Assembly (NCBI GenBank): GCA_040752415.1
Contig: JBFMGU010000127.1
Coordinates: forward strand, 1-30,363
Direction of reading: 5' to 3'
DNA: 30,363 bases
Source: Myxococcota bacterium
GTDB taxonomy: Bacteria; Myxococcota; JACRCW01
Position 1 is the first letter of the stretch, and each line of letters starts with the position of its first letter. Both the position numbers and the translations under genes were made by a program. Under the pieces are notes generated by a model. The model was given only the letters and a program-made list of their open reading frames with translations, ran no database searches and had not been told where the DNA came from. Positions 1-8,609 of this stretch are shown here, one piece after another.

Positions 1-452
1 GAGGACACCGCTCCCGAGGAGGAAACGGCCGCGGAAGAGGAGGAGGGGCCACCCGCCGAGGACACGGCGCTGGAGCTGGACGGACCGCCAGCGCTGCTGA
101 GCGAGGAGGAAGAGGAGGAGACGCTGGAGGACGCGCCGCTGCTCACGCTGGACGACGCGGAGGCGGAGAAGGACGTGGCGCCGCCCGACGACGCGGTGGA
201 GCCCACGCCCTCCTCCGGGCGGAGGCAGACCTGGTTGTGGCACCGTTCACCGCCGGGGCAGTCCACGTCCTCGACGCAGCTCATGTGGCAGCGGCCGGCA
301 ACACACACCTGGTCGGGGCTGCATTGCTCGTCGCCGCAGAGGGAGTCGTTGGTCTGGCTGTCTGTGCAGGTCACGCCCCCCACGAGGACCAGCAGGCCCA
401 GGAGGATCTCACGGACGGCGCGCCGGGAGGGGGGAAGGGGGGGCGACGGCAT
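1..452 (-). CDS. Secreted or lipoprotein with a Cys-rich domain and Ser/Gly-rich linker (3' end runs off the window)
   Basis: Not in the ORF track because it is open-ended. ATG at 452 reads MPSPPLPPSRRAVREILLGLLVLVGGVTC (signal peptide, lipobox-like Cys), then CGDEQCSPDQVCVAGRCHMSCVEDVDCPGGERCHNQVC, then a poly-Ser linker with no stop before position 1. Confidence 0.8.
   Translation of the reverse strand, partial: MPSPPLPPSRRAVREILLGLLVLVGGVTCTDSQTNDSLCGDEQCSPDQVCVAGRCHMSCVEDVDCPGGERCHNQVCLRPEEGVGSTASSGGATSFSASASSSVSSGASSSVSSSSSSLSSAGGPSSSSAVSSAGGPSSSSAAVSSSGAVS
27..98 (-). repeat. Two tandem 12-aa coding repeats (SSAGGPSSSSAV / SSAGGPSSSSAA) in the Ser-rich linker
   Basis: Seen in the translation; the codons have diverged between copies. 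Confidence 0.6.
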
Positions 453-495
453 GGGGCGAGCCTAGCACCCGCCGCCGCCCAGCCCGAGCGATTGT

Positions 496-813
496 TCAGC
501 CGTTGACGAGCTTGTTGTCCTTGCGACGGGGCGCCTGGTTCTTGGGGCGCGTGGCCGGCTTCGGGTTCTTCTTGAACTGCGGAGCCAGCTCCATGTTGAT
601 CTCGGCCCACTCCGGGTCTTCCTCCTCGGTGGCCACGATGGCGCCGATGGGGCACTCCGGGAGGCACGCGGAGCAGTCAATGCACTCGTCGGGGTCAATC
701 ACCATGAACGACTGGTTCTGGTACTTGCCCGCGTGGATGCAGTCGGCGGGGCAAACCGCCTGACAGGCCGCGTAGACTTCGCCGAGACACTTTTGGGTGA
801 TGACGTAAGCCAT
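496..813 (-). CDS. fdxA: Dicluster ferredoxin (FdxA/7Fe type, probably 3Fe-4S plus 4Fe-4S)
   Basis: MAYVIT start, C-X7-C-X3-CP motif (CLGEVYAACQAVCP), then IDPDECIDCSACLPECP. Purine-rich RBS-like sequence AAGGACGGGG upstream. Confidence 0.88.
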   Translation of the reverse strand: MAYVITQKCLGEVYAACQAVCPADCIHAGKYQNQSFMVIDPDECIDCSACLPECPIGAIVATEEEDPEWAEINMELAPQFKKNPKPATRPKNQAPRRKDNKLVNG

Positions 814-1009
814 TTTCCCCGTCCTTGATCGCCCCCAGCGTGGTTGGCGATTCCTGGGTGCCGGTCAATCCGGACACCACTCGCAGGGACATGCGAGGTG
901 CTCGCATCCTTCCACCGCCGTCCCCGTTCACTCAAGGAATTTCTGTGTTTGTGCAGTGAGGCTGGACGCCGGATGGTGTGCCTCCTGCCGATGTGGCACT
1001 CATGCGCAC

Positions 1010-2215
1010 GTGGGCGCGTTGTTCACCCTCATGCTTGCGACGTTGCTGACGGTACAGGCCGCCACCGTCTCCAGCCCGATTTCCCAGGCGCGCACGGCGC
1101 TGCGGAAGAAGGATTGGGCGGGTGCGCGCAAGGCGCTGCAGGAGTCGCTGGGCTCCAGTGTGACGTCGGAGAAGTTGGACGCGCTGATGCTCATGGCGGA
1201 AGCCGACGTGGGCGAGCGCAAGCTGGAGCGGGCTCACGCGCGTTGGCGGGAGGCGCTGATCCTGGCCGACGAGGGCGCGAACGTCAGCAAGGACCGCGCG
1301 CGCGTGCTCAAGCGGATGTCGCTGGCGACGGGAGCCGGGGCCGCGCGGGTGCAGGAGCAGGTCAAGGCGCTGAAGGCGGCGGACACCGTCGTCGCCGGCA
1401 CCGCGCGTTGGCCGCTGTTGCCCACGGTGGGCGAGGGCCTCGCGCCCGGTCGTGCGGAGCTGGAAGCGGCGGTGCAGGCCTACGGTGACGCCGGGCAGAA
1501 GCGACGCGCCTCCTCCGCCAAGGGCGCGCTGGCGGTGTTCCTGGCGGTGCAGGGCGACCGCAACGCGCTGCAGCTGACGAGGGAGGCGGCAAGCCTGTGC
1601 CACGGCCGCAAAACTGTCGCGCCCACCACGCCCGAGCCCTGTCGCGTGCAGGCGCTCACCGCCAGCGTGCGCGTGAGAACGCTGCTGGCGGGTGAAGGTG
1701 AGGCCGCGGGCAAGGCGTTGGGGGCGGCCCTGAAGGAGGCGCGGGAGCTGGACGAGTTGCTGGCAGGCGAGCGCAAGGATGACCCGTACCGTCGGGGCAC
1801 CCTCACGGCGCTGGTGTGCGCGCGGATGGACGTCGTGGCAGGTGAAGGCGCGTGTCGACGGGCGGAGAGCGCGTTGGGGTTGCCGCCCACGTTCCGGGAC
1901 TTCTCGACGGGAAAGCCCGCGCCGGTCCTCACCAACGACGCGGTGGCGCTGACGCACGCGGAGTACGCGTTCCTGCTCAGCCGGTGCCTGCGCGCCGCGG
2001 CGCGGGAGGACGTGGAGCTGCAGGGTGAGCGCGTGGAGCTGAGCTGGGTGGTGCAACCCGAAGGGCGCGTCGACGAGATCACCATGGAGCCTCGTCGGCT
2101 GCGGGAGCACCGCGCGGGGATGTGCCTGAAGGAGGCGCTGGGGCTGTTCCGCTACCCGCGCTACCAGAGCCAGGAGCGGCGCGTGATTGCGCTGGCGCTG
2201 CAGATCAGCGGGTGA
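1010..2215 (+). CDS. Secreted helical (TPR-like) protein with a C-terminal AgmX/PglI-like (TonB-C-like) domain
   Basis: Signal-like N-terminus (ALFTLMLATLLTVQA) and Ala/Leu-rich helical repeats. The C-terminus (CLRAA...VELSWVVQPEGRVDEI...GMCLKEALGLFRYP) matches the myxobacterial C-terminal tail pattern. Start is uncertain (GTG 1010 or ATG 1031). Confidence 0.65.
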   Translation: MGALFTLMLATLLTVQAATVSSPISQARTALRKKDWAGARKALQESLGSSVTSEKLDALMLMAEADVGERKLERAHARWREALILADEGANVSKDRARVLKRMSLATGAGAARVQEQVKALKAADTVVAGTARWPLLPTVGEGLAPGRAELEAAVQAYGDAGQKRRASSAKGALAVFLAVQGDRNALQLTREAASLCHGRKTVAPTTPEPCRVQALTASVRVRTLLAGEGEAAGKALGAALKEARELDELLAGERKDDPYRRGTLTALVCARMDVVAGEGACRRAESALGLPPTFRDFSTGKPAPVLTNDAVALTHAEYAFLLSRCLRAAAREDVELQGERVELSWVVQPEGRVDEITMEPRRLREHRAGMCLKEALGLFRYPRYQSQERRVIALALQISG

Positions 2216-2218
2216 GCC

Positions 2219-3799
2219 TCAGGTGGGCGGGTTGGCCAGGCGCTTGTGCACCTCGGCACCCACGAACACGTCGAGGAGCAGCTCATCCACCGCGCCGCGC
2301 TGCGCTTCGTCGCGCAGGATGTCTATGGCCTTCACGTGGGGCACCGCGCGCTTGTAGGGACGGTCGCTGGCGGTGAGCGCGTCGTAGATGTCCGCAATGG
2401 TCATCATCTTGGACTGCACGGGAATTTCGTTGGAGGGCAGGGCGCGCGGGTAGCCCTTGCCGTTCAGCTTCTCATGGTGCGCGTACGCAATCTCCGGCAC
2501 GCGCTTGAGCTCACGCGTCCACGGGATCTGGCACAGGAAGCGGAAGGTGTGCGTGACATGGCTCTCGATCTCGCGCCGCTCGTCGTTGTTGAGGCTGCCG
2601 CGCGCCAGGGAGAGGTTCTTCACCTCGTCGGGGGTGAGCAGCGGCTTCACGGCACCGCCGAGATCCTCGTAGGTGTTGCGCGCAATCTCGCTCAGGCGCT
2701 CGAATCCGCCCTGCTCCAGCACGGTGGGCCGGTTGCACGCCGCCACGAACTCGAAGAACCCGTCCAGCTCCTTGAGCTCCTTGGCCAGGGCCTCGTCGAG
2801 GGCCAGCACCTCACGACGCGCGGCTTCCACGTCGCTGGCCATCAGGGCGTTGGCCTTGCGCTTCCAGAACTCCAGCTCCCGTGAGCGACGCACGAAGTCG
2901 AAGCGTGCGCGAAGCAGCTCGAACTCATGGGGGAACAGCTTGTTGCTCTTGACCAGGATGTGCTCCCGCACGCCCACCTTGCCAAAGTCATGCAGCAGGG
3001 CGGCGTAGCGCAGCTCCCGCACCTCCGCGGCACGCAGCCGCACGCCGGCGTAGGGGCCGGTGACCAGGCGGTCCAGGTGCTCGGCAATGCCCACGGTGAG
3101 CTGGGCCACGCGCTCGCTGTGACCGCTGGTCGTCGGGTCCCGGGCCTCGATGGCGTACACGGAGGCGCGGATGAAGCCCTCAAAGAGCCGCTCGATGTCC
3201 TGGTGCAGGAGGGCGTTCTCGACGGCAACCGCCGCCTGACCGCCCAGCGCCATGAGCAGCTCCTGGTCCTCCGCCGTGAAGTCCCGGTTCTCCGTCTTGT
3301 TGAGCGCCTGGATGACGCCGGTGACCTCCCGCGCCATGTTCAGCATGGGCACGGTGAGGATGTTGCGCGTGCGGTAGCCGGTCTTGAGGTCCACGGAGCG
3401 GTTGAAGCGCGGGTCCGCGTACGCGTCGGGGATGAGCAGCGGCTCCTTGGATTGCGCCACCGCGCCGGCAATGCCCACGCCAATGGGGATGCGGATCTCC
3501 TGGCTGCCCAGGCCCTGTGCGATCTTGGTCCACAGCTCGCCGCGCTCGCGGTCCAGGATGAAGAGGCTGAGCCGGTCTGCCTCCACCACCTCCTTGGCCT
3601 CACGCAGCACCGTCTCCAGCAGGGCAGTGAAGTCACGCTCACTGCCCATGGCCTTGGCCACATCCAGGATGCGGGTGAGCTTGGCGTTGCGGTGCTCCAG
3701 CTCGGTCATCCGCGCGGCGTCGACGGCGGCGGCGCGGCCCTTTCCGTTGCGGGACCTGGCCTTGGGCGCAGACAGCGTGGCACTCTTGGACGGGGGCAT
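2219..3799 (-). CDS. GAF plus HD-GYP cyclic dinucleotide phosphodiesterase
   Basis: GAF motifs (GIAG, DAYADPRFNRSVD, TGYRTRNILTVP, QALNK). HD-GYP motifs: TSGHSERVA, LHDFGK, HHEKLNGKGYP, IADIYDALTASDRPYK. Confidence 0.92.
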   Translation of the reverse strand: MPPSKSATLSAPKARSRNGKGRAAAVDAARMTELEHRNAKLTRILDVAKAMGSERDFTALLETVLREAKEVVEADRLSLFILDRERGELWTKIAQGLGSQEIRIPIGVGIAGAVAQSKEPLLIPDAYADPRFNRSVDLKTGYRTRNILTVPMLNMAREVTGVIQALNKTENRDFTAEDQELLMALGGQAAVAVENALLHQDIERLFEGFIRASVYAIEARDPTTSGHSERVAQLTVGIAEHLDRLVTGPYAGVRLRAAEVRELRYAALLHDFGKVGVREHILVKSNKLFPHEFELLRARFDFVRRSRELEFWKRKANALMASDVEAARREVLALDEALAKELKELDGFFEFVAACNRPTVLEQGGFERLSEIARNTYEDLGGAVKPLLTPDEVKNLSLARGSLNNDERREIESHVTHTFRFLCQIPWTRELKRVPEIAYAHHEKLNGKGYPRALPSNEIPVQSKMMTIADIYDALTASDRPYKRAVPHVKAIDILRDEAQRGAVDELLLDVFVGAEVHKRLANPPT

Positions 3800-3872
3800 G
3801 CTGCGGGTTCCTTGGCTCTGAGGGGTCCGGTCACGCTACCAAAGGCGGGCGGGTGGGAGCACTCCACGGCAG

Positions 3873-6836
3873 TCAGGGTGGCTGTGGCTTTCGTCCACGC
3901 TGGCGGGAGAGCTCCATGGCCTCCGCCACCACGCTGGTGAGCTGCTCGAAGCGGAACGGCTTGGGAATGACCAGATCCACGCCGTGGGACTTCATCTTGT
4001 CGACGTCCAGGCTGGCGCCCCAGCCGGTGATGAGCCCCACGGGCAGGCCCGGGTAGCGCTGGTGCACCGCGCTGGCCACCTCCCAGCCGCTCATGCCCGG
4101 CATGCCCAGGTCCGTGAACACCACGTCGACGCCCGCGCCGGCCATCAGCTCGTCCAGCTGCTGCAGTCCGCTGGGGCCGTCATGCGCGGTGACCACGTGG
4201 TGCTCCGCGGTGCGCAGCATGTCCGCCAGGATGTCGCGGATGGACTCCTCATCCTCCACCACCAGCACGCGCGCACCGGTGGCGCTGGCCGCGGTGGCCA
4301 CGACGGGCGGCACGGAGGGTTGGAGCGTTTCCGCGGCGGCGCTGCTGGGAAGCCGGATGATGAACGTGGTGCCCTGGCCCAGCTCGGTGACCACCTCGAA
4401 CTCACCGTGGTGTCGTTGGACAATCCCGTAGGAGACGCTGAGCCCCAGGCCGGTCCCCTTCACGCCCTTGGTGGTGAAGAACGGGTCGAACACGCGGGCC
4501 TTCACCTCCGGCGGCATGCCGGTGCCCGTGTCCTGCACGGAGACAAAAGGCCGTCCACCCTCCACGCCGGTGGCGACGGTGATGGCGCCCCCTTGCGGCA
4601 TGGCGTCGCAGGCGTTGTGGATGAGGTTGGTGAGGACCTCCCGCAGCTCCTGGGCATTGCCCATGACGGACGGCACCTCCGTCAGCGCGGTGTTCACGCG
4701 GATCTCCACGCCTTCCGCGCGCGCGCGCACCTGCCACCGGGCCTGCGTCATCTCCACGGCCTGGTTCACCACCTGGGACAGGTCCACGGCCTGGAAGTCG
4801 CCACTGCCGCCCACGCGGCTGAACTCCTGGATGCGACGCACCGTGGCTGCTCCGTCCAGCGCCGCACGCTCGATGACCTCGAGCGAGCGCAGGTGCGTGG
4901 GGTCGGGGAGGAAGGTCTTGAGCAGCTGCGTGCGACCCAGGATGGCGCCCAGCACGTTGTTGAAGTCATGCGCCACGCCGGCGCTCATCTCACCCAGGGC
5001 GCTGAGCTTCTCCTGGAGCACCAGCTGGTCCTTGGCCTCCTTCAGCTCCCGGTAGGCGTCCTCCATGGACGAGAACATGCGCGCGTTCTTGATGGCGAGC
5101 GCGAGGTGCGCGCTGACCGGACCCAGGAACTCCAGCGCTGCTTCCCCACGCCCGATGTCCGAGGCGAAGCCCACCATGAGCGCGCCAATGGCCTTGCCGT
5201 CGAGGAGCAGGGGAGCGGCGGCCACGCAGCGCACGCCCAACGCACCCAGCTCACTCTCCGCGGAGGCGTCATGGGCTTCCAGCACCACCGGCTTTCCGGC
5301 GGAGAGCGCCCGCCAGCGCAGCCCTTCTCCTTCACCGGTGAGCGTGCCGGGCTCCTCCCACGCGCCACCCCGACGTCGCTGCAGCACCACCTCCAGCTGG
5401 CGTGCACCTTCCGGGTCCGTGCGCAAGAGCGAAATCTCGACGGTGTCCGCGTTGAGCACGTGCTGGACCTGCGTGGCGGCCACGCGGAAGACCTCCTGGC
5501 GGTCCAGCGTGGAGGCCAGGGCGCGCGCGACCTCGTCCAGCGCCAGCAGGCGACGCATGGCGGCTTCCTGCCGGTCATACAGCGCGGCGCGCTCCACAGC
5601 GGTGCCCAGCTGGTGGCCGATGGAGAGCAGGAGGCTCACCTCCTCGGGCGCGAAGTCGCGCTCGTCGACGCACAGCCCGATGGCGCTGCCCAGCACGCGA
5701 TCCTTGGCCTGGATGGGAACGCACACGGCAGCCTTGAAGCCCCACTTGTGCACTTCCTTCACGGCCACGCGCGGGTCGGTGGAGAGGTCGCGCACCACCT
5801 GCACGTCACCGGTCTTGGCGGCGGCGCCCAGCAGTCCCAGGCCCAGCGGGATCTCCTGGATGGCTGCCGCCTGTTCCGCCTTGATGCCGCGGAAGAGGTG
5901 CGCGCGCACCACGTCGCGACCGTTCTCCTTGAGGCTGATGCCCGCCGCGTTGAATCCCATCACGGCGATGAGCCGCTCCACCGCCATCTCCAAGACGGTG
6001 GTGAGATCCGGCGCGCGGGAGACGGTGGCGGCCAGGTCATTGAGCACCGCCAGCTCACGGTTCCGTCGGAGAAGCGCCTTCTCGTACTGCTTGCGCGCGG
6101 TGATGTCCTGCAACACGCCCAGCGAGGACGGATCCCCGCTGTAGACGATGTACGAGACGCTCACCGAGACGTCGAGACGCTGGCCGGCCTTGTTGAGCGC
6201 CAGGAACTCGTAGCGTGGCGGCAGCGGTTCCCCTCGAGCGGCCAGGCGCGCGCGCTCCAGGATCATGGGGCGGCTCTCCGGGGCAATCAGGCGCTGGTAG
6301 TCGAACGAGGGGTGACAGATCTCCTCGCCGGAGTAGCCCAGCAGCTCCTCGAAGGCGCGGTTGACGAGGGTGAAGCGCGTGGGGCCGAGGATGTAGATGG
6401 CGTCGCGCGTGTTCTGCAGCAGGTCCGTGTACTGGCGCTCACTCTGCTCCAGCCGGCTGCGCAGCCGACCCGCCTCCAACAGGCTCTCCACCAGGCGCAC
6501 CAGCGGCTTCTCCACGCCAGGCAGCCGGGTCAGCGAGGCGTGGATGCCGGCGTCGGGGGGAGGCGCGGGGGCGTCGGGGGCGTCCAGCGTCAGCAGCTCC
6601 GGACGACGCGGCAGCGCGGACAGGGCAGAGAAGAAGCGCGCTGGATCCATGTCCGGGATGGGCCAGCCCATGATGACAACGTCGGCGCCCTGCGCCTGCA
6701 GATCCTTGAGGACCGCGGCCGCGTCGGGGAGCGTGACCAAGTCCGCGTCGGGGTGGCTGGCCAGCGCGCCGTGCAGCCGGGCCACGTCCCAGGAAGCGGG
6801 GACAGACAACAGGATGCGGGACCTGGCGCTGGACAT
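3873..6836 (-). CDS. Cytoplasmic hybrid sensor histidine kinase (pseudo-REC, PAS, GAF, GAF, HisKA, HATPase, REC)
   Basis: PAS (VNRAFEELLGYS...QDITARK), two GAF domains, H-box AGVAHDFNNVL, N-box NLIHNACDAM, G1 DTGTGM, FDPFFTTKGVKGTGLGL, and a C-terminal receiver (VVEDE...FTDLGMPGMSG...KPF). Confidence 0.93.
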   Translation of the reverse strand: MSSARSRILLSVPASWDVARLHGALASHPDADLVTLPDAAAVLKDLQAQGADVVIMGWPIPDMDPARFFSALSALPRRPELLTLDAPDAPAPPPDAGIHASLTRLPGVEKPLVRLVESLLEAGRLRSRLEQSERQYTDLLQNTRDAIYILGPTRFTLVNRAFEELLGYSGEEICHPSFDYQRLIAPESRPMILERARLAARGEPLPPRYEFLALNKAGQRLDVSVSVSYIVYSGDPSSLGVLQDITARKQYEKALLRRNRELAVLNDLAATVSRAPDLTTVLEMAVERLIAVMGFNAAGISLKENGRDVVRAHLFRGIKAEQAAAIQEIPLGLGLLGAAAKTGDVQVVRDLSTDPRVAVKEVHKWGFKAAVCVPIQAKDRVLGSAIGLCVDERDFAPEEVSLLLSIGHQLGTAVERAALYDRQEAAMRRLLALDEVARALASTLDRQEVFRVAATQVQHVLNADTVEISLLRTDPEGARQLEVVLQRRRGGAWEEPGTLTGEGEGLRWRALSAGKPVVLEAHDASAESELGALGVRCVAAAPLLLDGKAIGALMVGFASDIGRGEAALEFLGPVSAHLALAIKNARMFSSMEDAYRELKEAKDQLVLQEKLSALGEMSAGVAHDFNNVLGAILGRTQLLKTFLPDPTHLRSLEVIERAALDGAATVRRIQEFSRVGGSGDFQAVDLSQVVNQAVEMTQARWQVRARAEGVEIRVNTALTEVPSVMGNAQELREVLTNLIHNACDAMPQGGAITVATGVEGGRPFVSVQDTGTGMPPEVKARVFDPFFTTKGVKGTGLGLSVSYGIVQRHHGEFEVVTELGQGTTFIIRLPSSAAAETLQPSVPPVVATAASATGARVLVVEDEESIRDILADMLRTAEHHVVTAHDGPSGLQQLDELMAGAGVDVVFTDLGMPGMSGWEVASAVHQRYPGLPVGLITGWGASLDVDKMKSHGVDLVIPKPFRFEQLTSVVAEAMELSRQRGRKPQPP

Positions 6837-6923
6837 GAGACGAGCAAAGGGTACCCGCGGGCCTTCTCTGGCAGCAAGAAAGGGACGCGTTGCGAGGGGG
6901 CAAAGACGCCCGGTGGACGTCGG

Positions 6924-6955
6924 AAAACGAAAACCGGCCCACGGGGGGCCGGCTT
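6924..6955 (-). terminator. Intrinsic terminator downstream of the Gly/Met-rich gene
   Basis: The minus strand reads GCCGGCCC-CCCGT-GGGCCGGT followed by TTTCGTTTT, about 30 nt after the stop at 6983. Confidence 0.8.
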
Positions 6956-6982
6956 CCGGTTGCAGCTTGAGATGAGGCGGAA

Positions 6983-8248
6983 TCAGCCGCGCAGGTTGCG
7001 CACGGGCGTCATCTGCATGTCGTGCATGCTCTTGATCATGTTCGAGAGCATCTCGTACAGCTTCTGCAGGTCGCCCATGAGCTTCTGAAGCATCTGCTGC
7101 TTCATCGTGTCGCTCATCTTGGACGGGTCCATCTTCTCGCCCAGGTTGGCGCCCTGCATGCCGCCACCGCCGCCGCCACCGCTGGCGCCGCCCGCACCGC
7201 CGCTGCCGCCACCGCCCAGCATGCCGCCCACGGCCTTGCCCACCATGCCGCCGACGGGGCCACCGATCATGCCGCCCACCGCACCGAGCGCGCCGCCGAC
7301 GGAGCCACCGCCCTTGCCACCGCCCTTGCCGCCGCCCTTGCCGGCGCCCTCGGCACCGCCTTCCTGCATGCTCTTGTCCAGCTCCTGGACCTTCTTCATG
7401 ATGTCCTCTTCCTTCTTCTTCGCGTACTTCATCAGCAGCAGGAAGAGGATGTCCTCGAACGAGGCGCTGCCCAGGTTGATGCCCATGCCTTCAGCCATCT
7501 GGGCGGCCTCCGGACCGAGCTGCTTGCCCCAGTTGGCCACCGCGCTGCCCGCGCCACCTGCGCCGCTGGCCCCGCTGGAGCCACTGGCGCCGTCCATGCC
7601 GGGCACGCCGCCCTTCATGAGGCTCTCGATGTTGCCGGCCAGGCGCATCAGGGTGTTGCCCAGGACGCCGCCCGCGCCGAGCGGGAGGCCCATGTTGGCC
7701 AGCGCGCCGATCATGCCGGCCTGCGCCATGAGGCCCGCCTTGATGCCGTTCTTGAGGGCCTCACCGATCATGCTGCCCTGCGGCCGGTAGACGGTGAGCT
7801 TCCCGTCCTTCTTGCCGTCGGGGACGATGATGCCGCCGAGCATCTTCTCCATCTGGGCCTTGAACGCCGGGTTCTTCTTGATGGCCTTCTCGATGGACTT
7901 GCCCAGCTTGCCGGTGCCGAAGGGCGCCTCACGCGAGACACCGCCGAACTTGTTGAACCCGAGCATTCCCTGCGCAATGGACCGCGCCATGGCGTCCAGC
8001 GGGCGCTCACAGTGGTTCTGCGGGGGCAACCCGCCGCCAAAGAGGCGGCCAAAGTCCTCCGCAATGCCCTTGGAGTACATGTCCTTGAGGTTGCTCAGGG
8101 CACCCGCGATGTCGCCGGTGGCGGCGTCCACCTGCGCACCCAGTGCGGAGGCAACGCTCCCAGGCCAGCCCAGCGACTCGGCCATGCCGGCAACGTCCCG
8201 GCCGAAGGAAGGAAGTTGGTAGTGACCGCCGCCGACTGACATGCTCAT
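6983..8248 (-). CDS. Gly/Met-rich 421-aa protein with a glycine zipper and a Bsp22/EspA/needle-like C-terminal helix (putative type III-secreted filament or tip protein)
   Basis: ATG at 8248 with GGGGAAAG RBS and strong G/C third-position bias; the longer 8731 start lacks coding character. Helix SFEDILFLLLMKYAKKKEEDIMKKVQELDK; C-terminus LQKLYEMLSNMIKSMHDMQMTPVRNLRG. The CDS is well supported; the function is inferred. Confidence 0.7.
   Translation of the reverse strand: MSMSVGGGHYQLPSFGRDVAGMAESLGWPGSVASALGAQVDAATGDIAGALSNLKDMYSKGIAEDFGRLFGGGLPPQNHCERPLDAMARSIAQGMLGFNKFGGVSREAPFGTGKLGKSIEKAIKKNPAFKAQMEKMLGGIIVPDGKKDGKLTVYRPQGSMIGEALKNGIKAGLMAQAGMIGALANMGLPLGAGGVLGNTLMRLAGNIESLMKGGVPGMDGASGSSGASGAGGAGSAVANWGKQLGPEAAQMAEGMGINLGSASFEDILFLLLMKYAKKKEEDIMKKVQELDKSMQEGGAEGAGKGGGKGGGKGGGSVGGALGAVGGMIGGPVGGMVGKAVGGMLGGGGSGGAGGASGGGGGGGMQGANLGEKMDPSKMSDTMKQQMLQKLMGDLQKLYEMLSNMIKSMHDMQMTPVRNLRG
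7308..7343 (-). repeat. Three 12-bp tandem coding repeats (encoding GKGG units)
   Basis: The plus strand reads ccgcccttgcca ccgcccttgccg ccgcccttgccg. Confidence 0.75.
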
Positions 8249-8307
8249 GTTCTTTCCCCGCGTCTGAGCCGAGCTTTGCCGGCTGCTTGGGTTGGGAGAC
8301 GTATAGG

Positions 8308-8334
8308 TTATCGAGAACCCGGCTCCAAGGATTG
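8308..8334 (-). promoter_or_regulatory. Candidate sigma28 (FliA/WhiG)-like promoter
   Basis: The minus strand reads CAAT-N15-CTCGATAA against the consensus TAAA-N15-GCCGATAA, about 60 nt upstream of ATG 8248. Confidence 0.35.
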
Positions 8335-8609
8335 CCTCCGCCGATCGTCGGTGGTGGGATAAACACCTTCCCCGCCGCCGTGGCTTGCCCCAGTTTTCGT
8401 GTGGCGGGGTGGATCTGGTGCGTGGTTCTTTCAAATTCCAAGCCAGACCGTGCAGTTTTCGCGGATGGAACGGTGCGCCTCCGCTGGCGGGCAAGACGAC
8501 TTTCCGGGGGCGGAAGGGGAGGGGGCGGGCCGGGCCCACTTTGCCGCTTGGCTGGGGGCGGTCCTGGGATATGGTCGCGCGCCACCTCAAGGGTTGGAGG
8601 CCAGTGCCA

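Noticed and set aside
3984..7088. 1034-aa plus-strand ORF
   Set aside because: It is the antisense shadow of the hybrid kinase, has no motifs, and is typical of high-GC DNA.
7160..7360. Repetitive ccgccg-rich tract as a CRISPR array or non-coding repeat
   Set aside because: It is explained by poly-Gly codons in the CDS and has no repeat-spacer structure.
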